Shown here one piece after another: positions 51,182 through 61,700 of a stretch of 64,000 bases of DNA. Source of the stretch: Mobula hypostoma. Taxonomy: Eukaryota. Below the pieces are notes generated by a model. It saw only the letters and a program-made list of their open reading frames with translations. It was not told the DNA's origin and did not search any database. The DNA lies in the NCBI RefSeq assembly GCF_963921235.1, contig NC_086118.1, positions 17,424,001 to 17,488,000 on the forward strand, read 5' to 3'. Numbering within the stretch: position 1 is the first letter of the stretch; each line of letters starts with the position of its first letter. The position numbers and the translations under genes were made by a program.

Positions 51182-51415
51182 AGAGAGTGGTGAATCTGTG
51201 GAATCCTCTGCCACAGGAAACAGTTGAGGCCAGTTCATAGGCTATATTTAAGAGGGAGTTAGATATGGCCCTTGTGGCTAAAGGGATCAGGGGTATGGAG
51301 GGAAGGCTGGTACAGGGTTCTGAGTTGGATGATCAGCCATGATCATACTGAATGGCGGTGCAGGCTCGAAGGGCCGAATGACCTACTCCTGCACCTATTC
51401 TCTATGTTTCTATGC
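51182..51415 (+). mobile_element. CR1 3' end
   Basis: cagagagtggtgaatctgtggaat...cctactcctgcacctattctctatgtttctatg. Confidence 0.85.
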
Positions 51416-52480
51416 TTCTAATTCTTAGGGTTTTTTCCTCTTTTGAACTCTACCACACAAAAAGTTACAGTGCAAGCCTTAATGCTCAGCAGAATATTTG
51501 TGCCTGGAGCAGTTCCACTATTGTTATATATATACTGTACAATGGTGAAATACCCACTCTGCAGATAATGGGTGGTTTTCAGGCAGTATCCAGGCATGAG
51601 ATTAGGGGGCTAGTCTAAACTGTTTCTAGCCAGCAATATCTGCACCCATGGTTTTCTCTACTATTGCAAGTGGCAAATCTTCTTGCTAACTAAGATTGCA
51701 GCCACTCCCATTTTCATTCAGATCATCAGATATGCAGTGGTGATGTCAATATGGTTAACATTACCACATAATTATTTACTCACAATACTAGCCAACAAGG
51801 CAGAGGAATTTGGGGGGTGGGCGCAAAATTAAATGAAGACCAAAACCGGTCCTAATATATAAAAAAAATGTTTTGGAATGTTTTTCAGTTCCTGTTCCTC
51901 CATTGACGTTGACATAGAAATCCTGGTTACATTTCTCAGAACTATCCTCTTTTGGGAAGGTCATAGCTTTGAAACCTCACCCCACTTCATTAAACAATAC
52001 AGCTGAGGGACGTCACCAAGAATTTCAACATCAAGCATCTATGAAACAGTTAGCGTGCCTGAGAAATAATCACGTGATCTTCCCTGCACCCACCCTGCTT
52101 TCCAATGATTCGCAGATGATGCAGAATCCGTCAGGGGGTCAGGCTGTTAACTTCAGTCAGAACCAAGCACTGCACAAGTAGCCTTAACACTGGGTGGACA
52201 ATACTAGCATGTTGGATCATGTGATCTAACTCTACATGGTTATCAGTTGAATGGGATAGTTTATCAGTAGCTTGCCTCTTGTCATGTCCATAGTAGAACT
52301 AGAGCGCTTTTTAAAGTATCATCTGTGACTCTAAATCTCATCATTGCCCTTTTACTTATGTGAGAAACTAAAGATGGTGTAGAGTGTACATCAGCTGAGA
52401 AAGAGTTTGATTAAACTCTTACCATCTTAAAAGAATGCTTAAGCACCATTAGCGCACTGCGCATAATAAATGTTACTATT

Positions 52481-53360
52481 TAAGACCATAAGATATAGGA
52501 TCAGAATTAGTCTATTCAGCCCATCGAGTCATAGCTGATCCTGGTTCCCACTCAACCTCATACACCTGCCTTCTCTCCATATCCTTTGATGCCCCAACCG
52601 ATCAGGAAATGATCAACCTCTGCCTTAAATACACTCATGGACCTGGCCTCTACCGCTGTCCTCGGCAAAGCATACCACAGATTCACCACTCTCTGGCTAA
52701 AACATGTCTTCCCACCTTCATTCTAAAAGGTTGCCCCTCAATTTTAAGGCTGTGTCCTCCAGTTCTGGATACCCCCACCACAGGAGTCTTCCTCTCCACA
52801 TCCACCCTATCTAGTCCTTTCAACATTCAGTAGGTTTCAATGAGATCTCCCCACTAGAAGAATTCTAGAGAGTACAGGCTCAAAGCTGCCAAATGCGCCT
52901 CATATGTTAACCCTTTCATTCCTGGAATCATGCTCGTGAACCTCCACTGGACTCTCTCCAGTGACAACACATTCTTTCTGAGATATGGGGCCCAAAACTG
53001 TTGGCAATACTCCAAATGTTGACAATACTCTATTCCCCTTGAAATAAATTCCAACAATAAATTTGCCTTCTTTACTATACACCTGGCCTATAAATTAACC
53101 TTCTGGGAGTCTTGCACGAGGACTCCTAAGTCCCTCTGTATTTCTGATGTTTGAAACTTCTCCCCATCGGGTAATAGTTGGCACTATTGTTCCTTTTGCC
53201 AAAATGCATTAGCGTACTTTTCTCTAAGTCCTGCTGCAATCACATTGCATTCACTGCCTCTCCTTTATCTCCAACACGTTTCCAACCTCTGAGGTTAGGC
53301 TAGCTGGCCTGTAATTTCCTTTCTTTTGTCTTCCCTCCTTCTTAAAGAGTGGAGTGACAA
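52481..53360 (-). mobile_element. CR1 3' fragment with internal deletions
   Basis: HLEYCQQFWAPYLRK..LERVQWRFT; taagaccataaga tail. Confidence 0.85.
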
Positions 53361-55055
53361 TCCTGAAATATAATTATTTATAATTATATTTTCATTGTTG
53401 TTTGACATACACAGATTCTGATTTATATCAAACCCTACATGCCTATAGCTAATCCAAGTCCATTCTGGGCTTGAGGATTAATATTGCCTTTCATACACAA
53501 TCCAATCCAACCTGATTTTTACTGTAAATATAACCACCTAAAAATTGATTTGCACAGAATCCCCATTCAAGGATGTAGAATGGTCTCATTTGACTCAGTA
53601 CTGCTCAACTCTGAGACGTGTCTGAATTCTGTGCAAAACTGTTCAGTATTCTTCTTCCTTTTCCTCTTCTTCTTTCAGCCAAGCTGACCAGCTTTTTTTT
53701 CCAGAGACAACCTGAATCCTTTTCACTTTTTGCACTGTTCTTCTTGGTCCTTTCAGTAGCAATTTTCCCCATCGCTGAAGTGGCAGAGGCCCAAGGATAA
53801 ACTGACCTGCCCATTCAATTCAAGTTCATTCGGAAACAAAGTAATGATCAACCTAGAGTCAGACTCTAAACTATGATTTCTAATATAATGTCTTTGACCA
53901 GTTGCTATTAACCATCACTTCCAAAATTGCTGGACATAAACTCATGGAATCAGCATCATAATTTTGGTGTCATTTTTTAATTCTTGCTATATCCTCAGAC
54001 CAGCTGCAATTAAAGTTCAAAGTTCAAAGTAAATTTTATTGTCAAAGTACCAGTATGTCACCACATACAACCCTAAGAATCATTTTCTTGTGGGTATACT
54101 CAACAAATCTATCAAATAGCAACTGTAACAGGATCAATGAAAGACCACCCAACTTAGGCGTTCAACCAGAGTGAAGAAGCCAAAAAACTATGCAAATGCA
54201 AATGTAAATAAACAACAATAAATAATGAGAATCATGAGATAAAGAGTCCCTGAAAGTGAGTCCATTGGTTGTGGGAACATTAGTTATGAGATTCACAAAT
54301 TCACTCTACCAATGTAGTGAAATAGTAACTCCGTATCTCCCAGAGCATTACCACACTTAACGGCTGTGTCAATGCACTGTGCACATTGCCAATGTAAAAC
54401 ACTCAAGCTTCCTACTTTCTGCCAAGATTTTATTGCAAATTTACAGATTCATGCACAAGAGATATTGGGAGCTCAAACACAGGTTTGCACAGGAACTATC
54501 TTAAATTTTCTGCCAAATATTTTTGAAGCCCAGAAAATTGTTCATTGGATTACAGAGTCTTTAAAGAGATAGCAACAATGACTATCATTGTTCTCAACTA
54601 ATGATAGTTACCCTGAAGTATGTTTCATAGAAAAGTTGTGTCTCTGATGCTGTGAGCCTCTCTTGATGAAGCACTTTAGAACTTCTAACTATATCAGAGA
54701 TGGAACAAAAGTCTATCCATGCAAAGGAACCCCTGGACTGAAAATGCTAGTTGCAGTTGTTTATGGGGATATCCACGAAAACTTTGCTTGCATAAAATCA
54801 GCCTCTGGTGAAGGAACCTTAAATTTGCTTTTGATTATTTGATTTTAAAGACTATGAATCAAAATATTTGGCAGCATCTTTCTGGATCTTGGAACACAAA
54901 TATTACTCAGCCTACCACTGCAGAAACAATCTGCAAAGTGAGATGATCCAGATTTTAACTTTGCCAACATTTCTGAAATGATGATTAATTTTAGCCTGGT
55001 ACAATTGCATAAATAAAGAAGCCTGTGCCCAGATCCGGCTTTCACATAGTAACCA

Positions 55056-55740
55056 GAGTCCTGAAGAAAGCTCTCAGTTCGAAACATCAACTGTTTATTC
55101 CATATGTAACCCTCAGGTACGGTTGGCGGCGTTAGTCTATGGAAGACAGTCTCTGGCCCTGCCAAATGTGTGGAATCTGAGGCGTAAAACCTCTTGTTTC
55201 TGTGGATGTTACGTGATGTGTTCCCCTGTCACAAATCAGTACCACGAAATAATAAAAACGGAACACGATATGCAATTAAATGATTTAGCTTTACAATTCT
55301 TAATTTGGCTAGAGGGTTAGTAAAGAAAAACAAAAAGAAAAGGGCCTATTTTAATGAAACAGCCTAATGTGCATGCTGGAGCTCACAGTTTCCCGTCTGT
55401 TAGTCGTCCATCGATTTCCCCCGGGCGTCATCAACTCCTGTCCCCATTCCAAGTCCACTCCGTCCTGCAGTCTACGACCTCTCCGCTCTGGCATCTTCTC
55501 TCTCCATCTTCCACCGAACAAAAGCCCGCAAATACTCACTCTCGGGCACACAAAAAAGGGAAAAACACTCCCCTCATTGGACAGCGCACATTCCAAAGCC
55601 TCTGTTATCTCCGGTCATAACCCAAACACTGCTGCTACAGAGAAACCATTACATCAGTAGTGAAACCTTTCCCAGGGCGTTACACATAGATGCTGCCTAA
55701 CCTGCTGAGTTTCTGCAGCATTTTGTGTATGTTGACCAGA
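55056..55740 (+). mobile_element. Penelope pLTR end with decayed hammerhead, split by a solo LTR
   Basis: agtc-ctgaaga-...-gaaa-catc-aact at 55057-55092; it continues as catagatgctgcctaacctgctgagtt at 55685. Confidence 0.7.
55105..55684 (-). mobile_element. Solo LTR (580 bp)
   Basis: tgtaac...gttaca; exact 4-bp TSD cata. Orientation is tentative. Confidence 0.85.
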
Positions 55741-55769
55741 GTTTAATTTGGGTTCATTAAATAAGAAAT

Positions 55770-55963
55770 GGGGTGTATGGGGTGTCAGGGAGGGATAGCA
55801 CCTCTGGTGGGGGATCTTGTCACGTCCTTTTCAGGGCGGTTAGTCCACCTTTGGTCCCCACCTGGCACTCAGCTCTCACCTGTGGCTCCCCATAGCTGTT
55901 TGCATGCGACAGCGGCCACACCCCGGGCAACGGCTTCGACAAGCCGGCTAAACCAGGTGAGGG
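55770..55963 (+). ncRNA. HDV-like (nested double pseudoknot) self-cleaving ribozyme candidate
   Basis: P1 ggggtgt/acacccc (55918-55924); P2 ctctcacctgt/a(c)caggtgaggg; P3 ggc/gcc; P1.1 cc/gg; GCAA; P4 cggc/gccg; J4/2 G-C(55948)-T-A-A. Confidence 0.78.
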
Positions 55964-56332
55964 TAGCCGACGGGTCTCAAACCCTCGGTGTGATAGGGAG
56001 TTGTCTATCCCAGCATGTGAAGACAGACTCTGGCGGATTGAGCGGACGAGACCTATGGAAGGTCCAACAGTCAAGAAGGCGGTCTCTGTAAACGTCGTGG
56101 AATGTGTAGAGCAGGACAAGACACAGAAGACGTCCTGGTCATCCACTGCACCTAGTCCCATCTCCAGCCGTCTAGACTCTGTCTTGCCACTGGACCCAGA
56201 TGGGAATTGGGAAGAGAGAGTGAGGCTGACGCTGCGCAACTCTCCCTCACTTAAATCCAAATCACACGCTAGTCTCGACACCATCATAATGGTGTCGAGG
56301 TCCTCATCGACGTCGACGATGGACGAACAACC
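55770..56332 (+). mobile_element. Short non-coding retroposon headed by an HDV-like ribozyme (probably RTE-derived)
   Basis: Exact 11-bp TSD aaataagaaat (55759-55769 and 56333-56343); GC/CpG-rich; 3' hairpins; no RT. Confidence 0.85.
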
Positions 56333-58055
56333 AAATAAGAAATAGTATTTTTAAAACAAGCGAGGCTGAATTTTTGGCATTGCACTTTTGTTGGCAAAAT
56401 GTGGGATTTCTGCAATAGAAAATAGGTGTAGGATAAACAGGTGAAAATCCTGTTGGAGAGTTATGAGTTAAGTTTCCTAATGGTGCAAAGATTCCCAGAA
56501 ATGGGAACAATATAGATCTATGTAAAATACAGATCTTCAACTGCACACAGTACTGTTTTGTTTGGAATAGAACAAAGGAATTTCTAGGCCATGATATTGC
56601 ATGGGTCAATCACCACTTGTCTGGTACCTGTTAAAATAAGGATTGTTCAAAGAGAACAGATCAGTTAAAGAACATGTGGTTACTGAACTACATGTGGTAA
56701 CTGCATAACAAAAGTAAACATAAAAACCATTTGATTTTAGTTACATTCGTCTATAGTTTGCATGGACCTTTCCTAGGCCAACAGTCAATAAAGTGATCAT
56801 TTATCCGTGCCTGTAGTAGTGTTGTCTCATTGTCAATCATCATTGTAATGTGGAAGCTGGTTTACAGGTTTGGTGAGTGAGACAGAAAACATTGACTATG
56901 AATAAGCATATTAATCATTTATTTACAAACAGTAAAAGGTTCGACCAAACATTTAAGTTCCCCCAAGTTACACAAACTTCAAAACTAAATATTCAACAGC
57001 AGATACTTAGCTAAAAGTGCATGTGGATCATACCTTCCCAATGGAACTGTGAAGCATGCTCTGGTGACAAAGGAACGAGAGAGAGAGGGACAAAGCCTCC
57101 AGCACATGCTATTTTATTCCCCCTAAGATGCCCGGAACTGGAAATTGGTGCCATGAGGTGCAAGCCAATCAATGGGAAACAGTACCTGTAGTTTTTACAT
57201 GGACCAATCAATGATCGACACAGCGGAAGCAGCTTTCGATAAGCAAATAAGTTACACCCTCACATGACAATCATCTTCCCTGCAATTCATTTTAGCTTTC
57301 TATCACATAAAACGTTTGCATGCTTGGACATCGTGGCATTAGGCTATCTAAATGCAAAAAACCTCATACACTTTTTCTGCATTGAACACTCATCCAGCTA
57401 AAGTTAACCTCACAATACTAGCACAAATTACTAATGTGCTATAATAGCATAATTAGTTTTCCTCTTACCAGAATCAAATGAAACAGTATAAAATGTCTCT
57501 AATAAGTGAAAAAGAATATTGTGTTTCACATGCCATAGACAGAATTGGACAGATATGTAGAAGAACCACACAAACTGTTACTTTTAGGCATGTTAAATAT
57601 CAATCTTGTTTTATGAAATGTAACTTCAGGGAATTTGGAAGCAAGATGCAATGTCGTTTCCTGTTTTAAAGGTTGTTTTTCCACACACTTCTGTTACAAT
57701 TAGAAGTACAATTGCTTTAGACGAATGTATTAAGTTCCATTTTGTCATGAAGCAAACATTTAAAACATTTATGTTTGGAAAACGTGCCTCATAGACTTAG
57801 AGTGTAACCAAATTCATTGCAATGGAATGGTTATAAACCATCTAAGTGTTCATTGAAGAAAGAGTAATGTTAAAAGTTTTCACCAGAGCAACCAGATCTA
57901 ATACAACTTTTATTATTGCACTGTTAGTAGGATCTTGTTGGGACATCTGTGCCAATTCAGAAAACACTCACAAACCATCAGTTGTAACAGTTTGCTTTTC
58001 CTCTGGAATTACCTGTGAAGAAATCATGCTCAGAAGGCTAATTTCAAAATATAGA

Positions 58056-58284
58056 CAACACACATAAAAGTTGCTGGTGAACGCAGCAGGCCAGGCAGCA
58101 TCTCTAGGAAGAGGTGCAGTCGACGTTTCAGGCCGAGACCCTTCGTCAGGACTAACGAAGGGTCTCGGCCTGAAACGTCGACTGCACCTCTTCCTAGAGA
58201 TGCTGCCTGGCCTGCTGCATTCACCAGCAACTTTTATGTGTGTTGCTTGAATTTCCAGCATCTGCAGAATTCCTGTTGTTTGCG
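58056..58284. mobile_element. Collapsed palindromic Penelope insertion (two inverted pLTR ends)
   Basis: ~91-bp arms 58056-58146 and 58155-58245 with one mismatch, plus a 39-nt tail; exact 14-bp TSD tttcaaaatataga. Confidence 0.95.
58118..58153 (-). ncRNA. Minimal type I hammerhead motif (intact core)
   Basis: Reverse complement reads agtc-ctgacga-agggtctcggcct-gaaa-cgtc-gact. Confidence 0.82.
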
Positions 58285-58784
58285 TTTCAAAATATAGAAC
58301 CCTGATTTGACCAGGATATAAATGGGCATTGTGAGATTTCAAGCTTTCTGTTCAAGCACATCCATTTTCACTTAATCTTCCAATTCAATGCTAAACTGGG
58401 GACTGCCTCAGAACCACAGCATTTGTGGGCTGAATCTGGAATTGCTGGCAAAAGCATCTAAATTTCGGTTGCAGCATCTTAAATGTGGAGCATTCTGAAA
58501 TAAATGTTGAGCTTACCTGAACAAAATCTGATGGTTTAGAGAAATTACGGGATTCTGTGAGGTAGCAAAAGGAAACTTGCAACATGATGTAATCAATGGT
58601 GGAATGTTAAGATGGTTTTTTTATGAGTGTCCCAACCTGAGGTCAGACACTTGAAAAAGCCAGAAATAAAATCAATACTGAATTTAGGAAGGTATTCAGG
58701 TGTGGGACTTTTTTCTTTTGGAGCCTTGAATAACACGGATGCTTTGAAGAGGAAACTGGATAAGAACATGACAGAGAAAGAGTT

Positions 58785-61700
58785 ATAACCATATAACCAT
58801 ATAACAATTACAGCACGGAAACAGGCCATCTCTGCCCTTCTAGTCTGTGCTGAATACTTACTCTCACCTAGTCCCACCGACCTGCACTCAGCCCATAACC
58901 CTCCATTCCTTTCCTGTCCATATAACTGTCCAATTTAACTTTAAATGACAACATCGAAACTGCCTCAACCACTTCTGCTGGAAGCTCGTTCCACACAGCT
59001 TCCACTCTCTGAGTAAAGAAGTTCCCCCTCATGTTACCCCTAAACTTTTGTCCCCTAACTCTCAACTCATGTCCTCTTGTTTGAATCTCCCCTACTCTCA
59101 ATAGAAAAAGCCTATCCATGTCAACTCTATCTATCCTCCTCATAATTTTAAATACCTCTATCAAGTCCCCCCTGAACCTTCTACGCTCCAAAGAATAAAG
59201 ACCCAACTTGTTCAACCTTTCTCTGTAACTTAGCTGCTGAAACCCAAGTAACATTCTAGTAGATCTTCTCTGTACTCTCTCTATTTTATTGACATATTTT
59301 CTATAATTCAGTGACCAGAACTGTACACAATACTCCAAATTTAGCCTTACCAATGCCTTGTACAATTTTAACATTACCTCCCAACTCCTATACTCAATGA
59401 CCTGATTTATAAAGGCCAGCATACCAAAAGTTTTCTTCACCACCCTATCCACATGAGATTCCAGGGAACTATGCACCATTATTCCTAGATGCCTCTGTTC
59501 TACAGCATTCTTCAATGCCCTACCATTTACCATGCATGTCCTATTTTGATTAGTCCTACCAAAATGTAGCACCTCACATTTATCAGGATTAAACACCATC
59601 TGCCATCTTTCAGCCTACTCTTCTAACTGGCCTAAATCTCTCTGCAAGCTTTGAAAACCTACTTCATTATCCACAACGCCACCTATCTTAGTATCATCTG
59701 CATACTTAGTAATCCAACTTACCACCCCATCATCCAGATCATTAATGTATATGACAAACATTGGAACCAATACAGATCCCTGAGGCACACCATTAGTCAC
59801 CGGCCTCCAATCTGACAAACAGTTATCCACCACTACTCTCTGGCGTCTCCCATCCAGCCACTGCTGAATCCATTTTACTACTTCAATATTAATACCTAAT
59901 GATTGAACATTCCTAACTACCCCTCCGTGTGGAACCTTGTCAAAGACCTTACTGAAGTCCATATAGACAACATCCACTGCTTTACCCTTGTCAACTTTCC
60001 AAGTAACCTCTTCAAAAAAATTCAATAAGATTTGTCAAACATGACCTTCCATGCACAAATCTATGTTGACTGTTCCTAAACAAACCCTGTCTATCCAGAT
60101 AATTATACATACCATCTGTGAGAATACTTTCCATCAATTTACCCACCATGGACTTCAAACTCACAGGCCGATAATTGCTAGGTTTACTCTTAGAACCCTT
60201 TTTAAACAATGGAACAACGTGAGCAATACGCCAATCCTCCAGCACCATCACCATCACCGTTTCTAATGACATTTGAAATATTTCTGTCAGAGCCCCTGCT
60301 ATTTCCACACTAACTTCCCTCAAGGTTCTAGGGAATATAAGTCAGGACCTGGAGACTTATGCACTTTTATATTTCTTAAGAGCATCAGTACTTCCTCTTC
60401 TTTAATCATCATAGTTTCCATAACTTCCCTACCTGTTTCCCTTACCTTACCCAATTCAATATCCTTCTCCTTAGTGAGTACCGAAGAAAAGAAATTGTTC
60501 AAAATCTCCCCCATCTCTTTTGGTTCCACACATAGCTGTCCATTCTGATTCTCTAAGGGTCCAATTTTATCCCTCACTATCCTTTTGCTATTAATATAAC
60601 TGTAGAAACCTTTTGGACTTATTTTCACCTTACTTGCCAAAGCAACCTTGTTATCTTCTTTCAGCCTTTCCTATTTCTTTCTTAAGATTCTTTTTACATT
60701 CTTTATATTCCTCGAGCACCTCATTTACTCCATGCTGCCTATGTTTATTGTAGATATCTTTCTTTTTCCGAACCAAGTTTCCAATATCCCTTGAAAACCA
60801 TGGCTCTCTCAAACTTTTAACCTTTCCTTTCAACCTAACAGGAATATAAATATTCTGTACCCTCAAAATTTCACCTTTAAATGACCTCCATTTCTCTATT
60901 ACAACCTTGCCATAAAACAAATTGTCCCAATCCACTCCTTCTAAATCCTTTTGCATCTCCTCAAAGTTAGTCTTTCTCCAGTCAAAAATCTCAACCCTGG
61001 GTCCAGTCCTATCCTTCTCCATAATTATATTGAAACTAATGGCACTGTGATCACTGGACCCGAAGTGCTCCCCAGCACATATCTCTGTCACCTGACCTAT
61101 CTCATTCTCTAACAGGAAATCCAACACTGCCCCTTCTCTAGTTGGTACCTCTATGTATTGCTGCAAAAAACTATCCTGCACACATTTTACAAACTCCAAA
61201 CCATCCAGCCCTTTTACAGAATGGGCTTCCCAGTCTATGAGTGGAAAACCCAAATCTCCCACAATCACAACCTTGTGCTTATTACAAATATCTGCTATCT
61301 CCTTACAAATTTGCTCTTCAAATTCTTGTTCCCCATTAGGTGATCTATAATACACCCCTATAGGTGTTACTACACCTTTCCCATTCCTCAATTCCACCCA
61401 AATAGCCTCCCTAGACGAGCCCTCTAGTCCATCCTGCCAGAGCACTGCTGTAATATTTTCCCTGACAAACAATGCAACACCTCCCCCCTTGTCCCTCCAA
61501 TTCTATCACACCTGAAGCATCGAAATCCAGGAATATTTAGTTACCAATCACACCCCTCCTGCAACCATGTTTCACTAATAGCTACCAGATCATACTTCCA
61601 GGTATCAACCCATGCTTTAAGCTCATCCACCTTTCTTATAATGCTCCTAGCGTTAAAATAAATGCACTTAAGAAATTTCCCACTTTTTACTCTCTGTTTA

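Noticed and set aside
55860..55970. Twister ribozyme (caagcc...taaa...gaggg resemblance)
   Set aside because: It lacks the UAA L1 and UCCNAAGC L4 with its pseudoknots; the HDV-like fold explains the sequence much better.
55820..56345. ORFs of 107-155 aa within the ribozyme-headed element
   Set aside because: No recognisable domain; they overlap on both strands in GC-rich structured sequence and are probably incidental.
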